From: a virus
Taxonomy: Duplodnaviria; Caudoviricetes
Reading direction: 5' to 3' (one strand)
IMG/VR virus record: IMGVR_UViG_3300021133_000012
Location: 1 to 39,116 of that record
DNA length: 39,116 bases
The notes beneath the pieces were generated by a model. The model was not told the DNA's origin and did not search any database. It saw only the letters and a list, made by a program, of their open reading frames with translations. Below, one piece after another: positions 19,223-27,183 of the stretch (positions are counted from its first letter, which is position 1; each line of letters starts with the position of its first letter). Both the position numbers and the translations under genes were made by a program.

Positions 19223-19753
19223 TTAGAATCCTTCTTCCTCTTCACGTGCGACTTCACCGACTACAGGAGCCGGAGATGATTTCTGTTGAGGATTTATAGC
19301 TGATGCGATTTCTTCTAAAGAAGATATTTCAAAATAACGTTCCATCTTTCTTCCCATATCCTCATAGAGAGCATTCAATTGTTGGAGTCCGCCGTAACAT
19401 TCTCTTGATAGTTTTGAAAAGTCTTTTGTGATTTTCTTTACGTCACCGAAATCTCTCTTGACGGTTTCGGCTTGGAAGTAATCGCCGGATTCTGTCATAG
19501 CATACGATTCTGCCATCTGACCAATCTCAGCCAATGTCTTTGACATTTCCATAAGAGCGGTTTCACATCGTAATACTTTACCATATTCATTGAATTTACG
19601 AACTTTCTCCATCAACTCTTTTTTCTGTTGTGGTGATAGCTTCTGTTGGTCGTTGCCAAATTTCGCTCCCCCGTCAGCAGGAATCTTTCCAAGATTTTCA
19701 ACTATTTGTTTAAGACTAAATTGCTTGACTTCTAAATTTTCAAATTTGTTCAT
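19223..19753 (-). CDS. Hypothetical helical protein, putative head-associated
   Basis: Likely start MNKFENL at 19753, 5 nt after a TATTTATA motif; FSLKQIVE leader-like segment. Confidence 0.6.
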   Translation of the reverse strand: MNKFENLEVKQFSLKQIVENLGKIPADGGAKFGNDQQKLSPQQKKELMEKVRKFNEYGKVLRCETALMEMSKTLAEIGQMAESYAMTESGDYFQAETVKRDFGDVKKITKDFSKLSRECYGGLQQLNALYEDMGRKMERYFEISSLEEIASAINPQQKSSPAPVVGEVAREEEEGF

Positions 19754-19758
19754 ATGGT

Positions 19759-19766
19759 TATAAATA
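19759..19766 (-). promoter_or_regulatory. Putative late promoter motif TATTTATA (minus strand)
   Basis: Plus strand reads TATAAATA; 5 nt upstream of minus-strand ATG 19753. Confidence 0.55.
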
Positions 19767-19775
19767 TGGTTGAAT

Positions 19776-20489
19776 TTATGAAATACTCTTAAATTGTTTG
19801 TCTTCTGAATTGTATCTCCAGAACTTCTTTGGTTTAAGAATTTCAATGATTTTTTGTTGTCTTACTAAATCTTTTTCTATTTGACCCAATCTTTTATGGT
19901 ATTTTGTATCGTATTCTATTACAATTTGATGAATTGGGTCATATCCATCAATATAGAATAAATCTAAATCAGTATGAACTTGATAATTTGGAATAAAATT
20001 GAATCCCAATCTATTCCATTTTTCTAAAAATTCTAATTGCCCTTTATCTGTTTTACGACCTAAATATTTTGTTTCGGCCATCGCAATTAGATGTCTCTTT
20101 CTAATTTCTGGTTTATTTAATGCCAATTTTGTCATTTTGGAAGTTTTCTTTCTTACTTCTGGATTAAGATATCTTTCTTTTTGGATATTTGAATTTTTTA
20201 TATTTTGCTCGATAGAATGTCTTTTTCCATACATATGATTTTTTTCTCCAAGTTGCGAATTAGACATTTTCTTCTTAGTAATATCCGAATGTTTTCTTCC
20301 AAGAAACCCAAATCCATTTGACGGAATTCTATTTGTAGATATTATTCTATTTGCACAACTACAACACATAGAATTAATTTTATTAGCATTAATACAAGAA
20401 CGTTCTATCTTATAGAATAACTCTTTTCCACATTTAGGACAGTTTCTTTTATATTGTTTATTTTCTGTCTTCATACGGAGTATTATCAA
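19776..20489 (-). CDS. Putative homing endonuclease, paralog of 16887..17789
   Basis: YKRNCPKCG...CCSC, NUMOD3-like GRKHSDITKKKMS/GEKNHMYGKRHS, FYIDGYD...VIEYDTKYH. True start may be ATG 20474. Confidence 0.75.
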   Translation of the reverse strand: MIILRMKTENKQYKRNCPKCGKELFYKIERSCINANKINSMCCSCANRIISTNRIPSNGFGFLGRKHSDITKKKMSNSQLGEKNHMYGKRHSIEQNIKNSNIQKERYLNPEVRKKTSKMTKLALNKPEIRKRHLIAMAETKYLGRKTDKGQLEFLEKWNRLGFNFIPNYQVHTDLDLFYIDGYDPIHQIVIEYDTKYHKRLGQIEKDLVRQQKIIEILKPKKFWRYNSEDKQFKSIS

Positions 20490-20766
20490 ATTGTTGTTTA
20501 TAATTCATAAAAAACTCTTCTACATCTTTGAATTTTGGGAGTGTAGTTTTTTCATTTTTTACCTTATCATCAACTATAAATCCCATACCTTTTTTATAAC
20601 TTAATTTTATTTCTGGTTTTTTTAAAGAATAATGATAAATTCCATCATTTTTAAATCCCATATCCTCCAAATACATTGCGTGTTGCGCCGACCAATTATC
20701 GACAGGCACCAATCCTTCTTCATTTTCTTGACGAATTGTATTTAGTAATTCCATTAGTTTTATCAT
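20458..20766 (-). CDS. Hypothetical protein with MIKL leader, putative internal head protein
   Basis: Starts MIKLMELLNTIRQE. Confidence 0.55.
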   Translation of the reverse strand: MIKLMELLNTIRQENEEGLVPVDNWSAQHAMYLEDMGFKNDGIYHYSLKKPEIKLSYKKGMGFIVDDKVKNEKTTLPKFKDVEEFFMNYKQQFDNTPYEDRK

Positions 20767-21479
20767 AATTTTTCTTTCAAAATATTTGAGTCATTGCTAA
20801 ATTCGCCGGTATTACCTATTGCCGATTTAACTTGTTCTGGTTCAAATGCTACCCACGATGTATTATTTTCTAATTCTGACCTTTCGTATATTTTTAATCC
20901 ATCATATCCTAAATCTTTAAACATAGAAATCCACATTTCAGGGTCATTTCCTTCATCTTTATCAAACAATAACCACATCTTAGAACTCCATTTATCTCCT
21001 AATATTCGGGCGAGTCGGTATCCGTTATATTTATCTTCTTTATTATTAAACCATTCTTTATGTTCATTTCCCCAATCTTCTACAGTATTAAATAATGCGT
21101 CGGTATAATACATTTTAGTGGTATCTAATGGAGATTCTATTTTCATAAATAATGGCATAATAGAATGACCAAAATCACGTTCGTTTTCATAATCACCAGC
21201 AGTGACGAATTCGTGGGCTAATTGGGAGTCTTCTGCGGCAAAAATACCATGTCTTTCTACTTCATAATTTCCTAATATTGTAGAACCAAACCCTATTCTT
21301 TTTTTTGAAAAATTTTTTGGTGGAGATTTGGTTCCATGAAAAACAATCATGGGATTTCCTTGCGTATCAACCACTTTACTATAACCAAACCATTTTTTAA
21401 AATTTGAATTATTAATAATATTAAGATATCCTTTAGATTTTTCTTGACTCTCCATTATTAAATCCATCAATTTAATCAT
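20763..21479 (-). CDS. ADP-ribosyltransferase-like protein (ART-PolyVal type) with MIKL leader
   Basis: FKKWFGYSKVVD..GNPMIVFHGT, GIF, PLFMKIESPLD, GYDGL and VAFEPEQVKSAIGN.GEF match the pattern of polyvalent-protein ART domains. Confidence 0.7.
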   Translation of the reverse strand: MIKLMDLIMESQEKSKGYLNIINNSNFKKWFGYSKVVDTQGNPMIVFHGTKSPPKNFSKKRIGFGSTILGNYEVERHGIFAAEDSQLAHEFVTAGDYENERDFGHSIMPLFMKIESPLDTTKMYYTDALFNTVEDWGNEHKEWFNNKEDKYNGYRLARILGDKWSSKMWLLFDKDEGNDPEMWISMFKDLGYDGLKIYERSELENNTSWVAFEPEQVKSAIGNTGEFSNDSNILKEKL

Positions 21480-21480
21480 A

Positions 21481-22218
21481 TTATAAATCCAATTTCTTTA
21501 GGAATGCAATCAAAATCGAGGCTCCTTTGATATCATCTTTAAATAGAATTGATTTTGTGACAGTGATATCATCCTTCTCAACTTCGGCCTTAGCCGGCTC
21601 TTCTGATGGAGGGGTGGGTGAGCCAGGAGGCAACTGTCCTTGGGGTTCTTCACTTGGGCCGCCGGCATCCATACCACTGGCAACCGGCGTCTGTTTATCG
21701 ACATCTCCAGATTCTCCACCTGGGGTCGGACGTTCTTGTTTTTGAAAAGCGGTATAAGAAAATTGTCCACTATCTTTCATTTTCTTAATTACGGTCGTAT
21801 GACTAATACCGAAGGAATCAGTAGTCTTATACCAAAGTTCGGTTCTAGCAGTCGTAGTTGGTTGTTTTTCTTTAAAATTTCCTATCGTTTCTAATTCTTT
21901 TGGTGTAAACGGTTGACCGATATATGGTTTTATATAAGTTGCCCACTCATCTTTTTTATGAAATGTATCTGCCACTGGGTCTATAGATGAATCTCCTTCA
22001 TCTCCCTCATTTAGATAAGTCGGCTCTGCGATATCCTTTAAAACCGATAGGATTGCCTTCTTGGTTTTAAATTCCGATTCACATTTAATGAAATCGTCGA
22101 TATCCTTCTCACTCATTGAATTTGCCACCTTTCTTAGATTAGCAGGAGCGTTAGGATTGTGTTTGGCACCTTTAACGGCTTGAAAAAATCTACGTTGTTT
22201 TTGACTGATGGACGGCAT
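21481..22218 (-). CDS. Hypothetical protein with N-terminal DUF3008-like motif
   Basis: MPSISQKQRRFF...VANSMSEKDIDDF; Pro/Glu-rich linker; AAGGAG SD upstream. Confidence 0.55.
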   Translation of the reverse strand: MPSISQKQRRFFQAVKGAKHNPNAPANLRKVANSMSEKDIDDFIKCESEFKTKKAILSVLKDIAEPTYLNEGDEGDSSIDPVADTFHKKDEWATYIKPYIGQPFTPKELETIGNFKEKQPTTTARTELWYKTTDSFGISHTTVIKKMKDSGQFSYTAFQKQERPTPGGESGDVDKQTPVASGMDAGGPSEEPQGQLPPGSPTPPSEEPAKAEVEKDDITVTKSILFKDDIKGASILIAFLKKLDL

Positions 22219-22975
22219 GACAAATCTCCTTTATTTTAGTTTTTACCACTTCAAAATTTTTATTAATTTCACTTCCTTTAAATCGCAATATTTTATAATT
22301 ATTTTCTAATAATTTTTTATCTACTTCTATATCACGTTTTATTGCGTGGGGTAAACTATGCCAATAGTCACCGTCCGCAAATATAACTATGTTCGGATAA
22401 ACCAAAAAGTCGGCATTTACTATATCTTTTATTAAAGGTTGGAATTGAAACGAAACATTTTCTTGTTCTAAAAATTTTTTAAGTTTTAATTCTATATCAG
22501 TATTTTTAAATTTTTGTTTTGATATTGAATCTATAGCTCTACAAGAACAACTACAATATCTTCTATTTTTCTTCGGTTTATCCAATATATCAATTCCACA
22601 AATTATGCATTGTGTTTTAATATCATCTACTTTATAATATTGATAATAACATTTTTTAGAACAACACTTTCCATATCCTTTATTATGTCTAGCTAATTGA
22701 ACGTTAAATTCTTTATTGCAAATTAAACAGTTATGAATTTTGTAAGTGGGGATATAATTTGGATGAATTCCTTTCTTTTTATTAGCTTCTGCAGTTTGTC
22801 CTGCTCTTATAAATCGTTCTAAAAATGTAGGGTCGGATTTAATTCTTTGTTTTGCGTAATACTGTGCATTGCAATTGCGTGAACAAAATTTCTTTTTAAG
22901 AACATCTCTATTATTTCTAAGAAAAACTATACTGTTACAATTTTTGCAATATTTTTTTACTTCACTATAATGCAT
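22190..22975 (-). CDS. Putative homing endonuclease (Cys-rich repeats plus Vsr/DUF559-like nuclease)
   Basis: Three CxxC...[FYC]CSxxC repeats; TDIE, ADF, IFADGDYWH, RD..VD..L...YKILRF. Confidence 0.75.
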   Translation of the reverse strand: MHYSEVKKYCKNCNSIVFLRNNRDVLKKKFCSRNCNAQYYAKQRIKSDPTFLERFIRAGQTAEANKKKGIHPNYIPTYKIHNCLICNKEFNVQLARHNKGYGKCCSKKCYYQYYKVDDIKTQCIICGIDILDKPKKNRRYCSCSCRAIDSISKQKFKNTDIELKLKKFLEQENVSFQFQPLIKDIVNADFLVYPNIVIFADGDYWHSLPHAIKRDIEVDKKLLENNYKILRFKGSEINKNFEVVKTKIKEICHAVHQSKTT

Positions 22976-22979
22976 AATA

Positions 22980-23522
22980 TTAAACTTCTTTTACACAATT
23001 TCCACTTGGAACTACCGCAGATATACTACCTGGGTCTTCTGACACATTTCTATAATAAAATCCTCTTTTTGCATTTCCTCGTTTTAATGATGCTTTCATA
23101 TAACCATTTGCCGGCCCATCATTATAAAACGAAGTATTTGTATTAGTCATTGGACAAATAATTTTATACTTCTTTATTGCCGGTTTCATTGTTAATGTAA
23201 TAAAAGAAGACCATCTACGAATCATTGGTAAAGTAGGATAAAAATCTTCATTAGGAACATCACAATTAAATCCAGTCGCAAATATTCCTCTTTGTTTTAA
23301 TGTATTTTTACCACAAAGTAAAGTTTTTCCATATTCTCTTGTCCCATCCCATTCTCCTTCCACAGGAATTCCGATAGTAGCCTCTAACGCTTCTTTTGCC
23401 GCCGAGGCAGTTCCTAAATGAAGACCTGTTTTCCCTCCCCTCAAATCTACTGACGCAGACCCATGAAACCACACCGAATTATCATAGGTTATTTCAGATA
23501 TTAAATCTTTGAGTTTTATCAT
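22980..23522 (-). CDS. Possible ADP-ribosyltransferase-like protein with MIKL leader
   Basis: Starts MIKLKDLISE; VWFHGS, GLHLGT..AA and GFYYRNVSEDPGSISAVV resemble ART-fold strands. Confidence 0.45.
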   Translation of the reverse strand: MIKLKDLISEITYDNSVWFHGSASVDLRGGKTGLHLGTASAAKEALEATIGIPVEGEWDGTREYGKTLLCGKNTLKQRGIFATGFNCDVPNEDFYPTLPMIRRWSSFITLTMKPAIKKYKIICPMTNTNTSFYNDGPANGYMKASLKRGNAKRGFYYRNVSEDPGSISAVVPSGNCVKEV

Positions 23523-23527
23523 ACATC

Positions 23528-23535
23528 AATAAATA
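23528..23535 (-). promoter_or_regulatory. Putative late promoter motif TATTTATT heading the inverted operon
   Basis: Plus strand AATAAATA; 5 nt upstream of minus-strand ATG 23522. Confidence 0.55.
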
Positions 23536-23673
23536 TCAACAATTTTTATATGTTTACAATATTTGATTATATATATCAATTAGAAATGCGACAATCTTTT
23601 GCCGCCAAAGACCATTCTGGTCAATTCAAATATTATTGGACTTCTAATAAGTTCAGAACACAAAATAAAAATT

Positions 23674-25227
23674 ATGATTAATAGTGAACTATTGAAAGAA
23701 GCAATTGCAGACGCAAAGGCAGTAAGGGCAACTTCCCTCGCCAACGCTAAAGCAGCTCTTGAAGAAGCCTTCGCCCCTCGTTTTGAAGCAATGTTTGCCG
23801 ATAAACTAAAAGAGGAAGCCGAAGAGAATGAAGAAGGTATGATGCAGGAAGTCGAAGCCCCAAATCAAGTCTCCGGAAAAGGTGGAGAAGCTAAGGGACC
23901 GTCGACCAAAGCAGTATCTAAAGGCAATCCTAAGACACCAAAAGGTGGAGCAGGTGACACAGATTTTAAAGCAGTCCAAGCAGGACTAGGCCCGAATGGA
24001 GTTCCTAAACTCGGTAAGAAAGTCAATGAGACTGCCGAAGAAGAAGAAGAATCCAAATTGGACGAAGCAGGATTAACTTCCGAAGATTTAGACGAAATTA
24101 TCCAGGAATTGGAAAATGAAGTCGGAAATGAAGAAGAAGGACAACCACAACAACCGGCTCCTGAAGCAGATTTTGCCGGAAGAGAAGGTGGAGAACAAGT
24201 TCCAGCTCCGACAGACGGAGACGAATTCGGTGGACAAGAAACCGATATCAACGCAGACCCAGCCGCAGGCGGAGAAGTCAATATTGACCTCGGCCCAGAA
24301 GTCGGTCAAGAAGTTGGTGGAGAAGAAGGCGCAGAAGGCGGCGAAGCTCAACCAGGCATGAATGCTGGTGGAATGCCAGGAGAAGAAATGGGACAACAAC
24401 CAGCTCCAGCAGCCCCAACGACTCCAGAAGAAGATGAAAACATCAATCTCGAAGAATTACTCGCTGCTCTTAATGAAGAAGCAGATGAAGAAGACGAAGG
24501 AAAAGTATCGGAAGGTAAACTTCCGCCTTGGTTGAAAAAGGGTGGTAAGAAAGAAAAAGAAGAAGAAGACGAATCTGAAGAAGATATGGATGAATCAGTC
24601 AAAACCGGATATTCTGCAGGCGACAAGAGTGGTACGCACAAATCCGGCGGAGTCAAAGGATATCCAGCTGCTCCACAAGATGCTTCTAAGAATCAACTCA
24701 AAGGAAAGAACCATAACATCAGTGGTAATGGTAACATTGGAACAGGCGCCGTCGGCGGCAAACCGGTATCCGAAGTTATTCAATATAAGGTTGCCCTCAA
24801 GGAATCTTACAAAACCATTGAATTCCTCCGTGGACAAATTAATGAAGTCAACCTATTGAATGCTAAATTGCTCTATACGAACAAGCTATTTAAAGAATTC
24901 GCAGGTGTTTTGGACGACCCATATCGTATGAAAATCGTCGAATCATTTGACTTAACCAAGAATGTTCGTGAAGTTAAACTGGCCTACGCCCTGTTGGCGG
25001 AGTCTCTTAATTTCGGTACACAAGTAACAAGAGCTCGTGGAACTCAGGCCGCAAGACCTGTAGCAACAAGAACTTCTGTGAAACAGATTACCGAAGGATT
25101 CGCATCAAAGCCGGTATCATCTACGAAACCAAATCAGTTAATCACTGAAGGTGGAGAGATGGCTCTAAGATTCAGAAAACTCGCTGGAATCAAGGATGCG
25201 CCGAAAAATGCTTCTAACAAGAAGTAA
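23674..25227 (+). CDS. Prohead scaffold/core protein (T4 gp22 position)
   Basis: Very acidic and disordered, helical ends (LLKEAIADAKAVR; LNAKLLYTNKLF), directly upstream of the capsid gene. Start moved from TTG 23599 to ATG 23674. Confidence 0.8.
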   Translation: MINSELLKEAIADAKAVRATSLANAKAALEEAFAPRFEAMFADKLKEEAEENEEGMMQEVEAPNQVSGKGGEAKGPSTKAVSKGNPKTPKGGAGDTDFKAVQAGLGPNGVPKLGKKVNETAEEEEESKLDEAGLTSEDLDEIIQELENEVGNEEEGQPQQPAPEADFAGREGGEQVPAPTDGDEFGGQETDINADPAAGGEVNIDLGPEVGQEVGGEEGAEGGEAQPGMNAGGMPGEEMGQQPAPAAPTTPEEDENINLEELLAALNEEADEEDEGKVSEGKLPPWLKKGGKKEKEEEDESEEDMDESVKTGYSAGDKSGTHKSGGVKGYPAAPQDASKNQLKGKNHNISGNGNIGTGAVGGKPVSEVIQYKVALKESYKTIEFLRGQINEVNLLNAKLLYTNKLFKEFAGVLDDPYRMKIVESFDLTKNVREVKLAYALLAESLNFGTQVTRARGTQAARPVATRTSVKQITEGFASKPVSSTKPNQLITEGGEMALRFRKLAGIKDAPKNASNKK

Positions 25228-25271
25228 TATTAGTGAGTAAATAAAAAATAAAAAAAGAAAAAAATAAAAGT

Positions 25272-27053
25272 ATGGAAAACATTAAATCATTGTTAACAAA
25301 TACTCTAAATCCTCAAGCCCGTTTGATGCAGGAAACCCGTGGTCTAGTGACCAAGTGGGATAAGACCGGCCTCCTTGAAGGTATTAAGAGTGATATCGAG
25401 AAATCCAACATGGCAGTTCTCTTGGAAAATCAGGCTAAACAGCTGATTGAAGAAGCTACCGCAACTGGAACTTCCGCAAACTCAGAACAATGGGCCGGCG
25501 TAGCGCTCCCATTAGTTCGTCGTGTATTCGCAGAATTTGCCGCGAAGGAATTCGTGTCAGTTCAACCTATGAATCTACCATCAGGTTTGGTATTCTACTT
25601 GGATTTCAAGTATGGTTCGGCAACCCGTGGTGAACCAGCAGACAAATCAGGTTCGTATTATCAATCATTATTCGGTGGAACGGGCGCTAAGCTCGGTTCA
25701 ACGGACGCCCCAGTCGGCGGATTGTATGGCGCAGGACGATTCTCCTACACCATTAATAATAAGAACATTACCGCATCATTCACTGGTGTTACGGCCGTCG
25801 CAGAAGACGTTAATTGGTTAAACAATTATTATACACAAGTCGCACAGTCAGGCTCGATTCAATCGATGGTGAACAGCATTTCTGCTTCATTGGCAGCCGG
25901 ACAGTTGATTGCTCTTACTAGTACAAACTTCTTAGCAAATTCAACAGCAGTTGGCAATCCTTATGACCCGACCGCAGTTCGTTCATTCGTTCCGTTCGCA
26001 GTGACGAGCTCAGCAGTAGCATTGGCAACCGTACAATATTTCCCATCCTTTACGAAGTTTAACGCTTCTACTGGTGAAGTAACGTTCGTGGTATCCGCCT
26101 CTGCTTCAACGACTGGTTCTTTGACGGCTGGTGTTATTTATAACGTCCAACCACAACCAAATAACCGTGGTGACTTCGAAGATGCTTCTAACAATTCCAA
26201 CGTAAACTTTGGAAATAGCGGTTTCTACAGTCCATCAGGCAAATCCAACACCGATACCGGTCTTAACAAAGATATCGGTATTCCGGAAGTTAACTTGGAA
26301 CTCAAGAGCGAACCAATCGTCGCTAAAACACGCAAATTGAAAGCAGTCTGGACTCCAGAACTCGCTCAAGATTTGAATGCTTATCACAGCATCGATGCAG
26401 AAGCTGAATTGACAGCCCTCCTATCTGAATACGTTTCTATGGAAATTGATTTGGAAATCTTGGACATGTTGATTACTACGGCGCCTTCTTACACAACTGA
26501 ACGTTGGAGTGCGAAGTTGAACCGTGACATCGTTCCGAATGGTTCAGGTGGTTATGCCGCCGTTGACCAGACGACCGCAGGAACCGGTGGTTACTACACC
26601 AAGGCAACTTGGTATCAGACTCTTGGTAACAAGATTCAGAAGGTATCCAACAAGATTCATCAATTGACCCTCCGTGGTGGCGCCAACTTTATGGTTGTCT
26701 CCCCATCTGTGTCAACTATCTTGGAATCCATCCCAGGATTCGTCGTCAACACTGACGGTGACCAGGCCAAGTTCGCCATGGGCGTAAGCCGTGTTGGTAG
26801 CTTCGCAAGTCGCTTCCAGGTTTACAAGAACCCTTACATGACCGATAACGTCATTCTATTGGGCTTCCGTGGAAATAACTTCCTCGAAACCGGCGCAGTC
26901 TATGCTCCGTACATCCCGCTCGTTCAGACACCGTTGGTGTATGACCCAGTGAACTTCACGCCAAGACGTGGTGTTATGACCCGTTACGCAAAGAAGATAG
27001 TCCGCCCTGAGTTTTATGGCAAGGTACTTATTGCCGATTTGGATACGGTATAA
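25272..27053 (+). CDS. Major capsid protein (T4 gp23-like)
   Basis: LLENQ, PLVRR, VQPMNLPSGLVF, AKTRKLKAVWTPELAQDLNAYHSIDAEAEL, YAPYIPL and FTPRRGVMTRYA. Confidence 0.97.
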   Translation: MENIKSLLTNTLNPQARLMQETRGLVTKWDKTGLLEGIKSDIEKSNMAVLLENQAKQLIEEATATGTSANSEQWAGVALPLVRRVFAEFAAKEFVSVQPMNLPSGLVFYLDFKYGSATRGEPADKSGSYYQSLFGGTGAKLGSTDAPVGGLYGAGRFSYTINNKNITASFTGVTAVAEDVNWLNNYYTQVAQSGSIQSMVNSISASLAAGQLIALTSTNFLANSTAVGNPYDPTAVRSFVPFAVTSSAVALATVQYFPSFTKFNASTGEVTFVVSASASTTGSLTAGVIYNVQPQPNNRGDFEDASNNSNVNFGNSGFYSPSGKSNTDTGLNKDIGIPEVNLELKSEPIVAKTRKLKAVWTPELAQDLNAYHSIDAEAELTALLSEYVSMEIDLEILDMLITTAPSYTTERWSAKLNRDIVPNGSGGYAAVDQTTAGTGGYYTKATWYQTLGNKIQKVSNKIHQLTLRGGANFMVVSPSVSTILESIPGFVVNTDGDQAKFAMGVSRVGSFASRFQVYKNPYMTDNVILLGFRGNNFLETGAVYAPYIPLVQTPLVYDPVNFTPRRGVMTRYAKKIVRPEFYGKVLIADLDTV

Positions 27054-27078
27054 TCTAAGTCTAAACAACTTATAACAA

Positions 27079-27111
27079 AAAAGAGCCACAGAAATGTGGC
27101 TCTTTTCTTTT
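27079..27111 (+). terminator. Rho-independent terminator after capsid gene
   Basis: Perfect stem AAAAGAGCCACA-GAAA-TGTGGCTCTTTT followed by CTTTT. Confidence 0.92.
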
Positions 27112-27145
27112 GCGTTTGTTTAACTAATGAAATTTTAAAATTTTC

Positions 27146-27173
27146 TTGACTTTTCCATAAAATTCTATATAAT
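27146..27173 (+). promoter_or_regulatory. Sigma70-type promoter TTGACT-N16-TATAAT
   Basis: Lies after the terminator, 10 nt upstream of the GIY-YIG ATG. Confidence 0.65.
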
Positions 27174-27183
27174 TATTCATATT

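Noticed and set aside
19749-19758. 10-nt match (TTCATATGGT) to the start of the predicted TnpB guide, overlapping a start codon
   Set aside because: Too short to exceed chance in an AT-rich 39 kb window, no evident TAM match, and TnpB looks catalytically intact rather than a repressor.
23599-23673. ORF-track N-terminal extensions (also 16851, 18592, 27948 and 19846)
   Set aside because: The extensions run through promoter motifs or other genes; downstream ATGs give family-typical N-termini.
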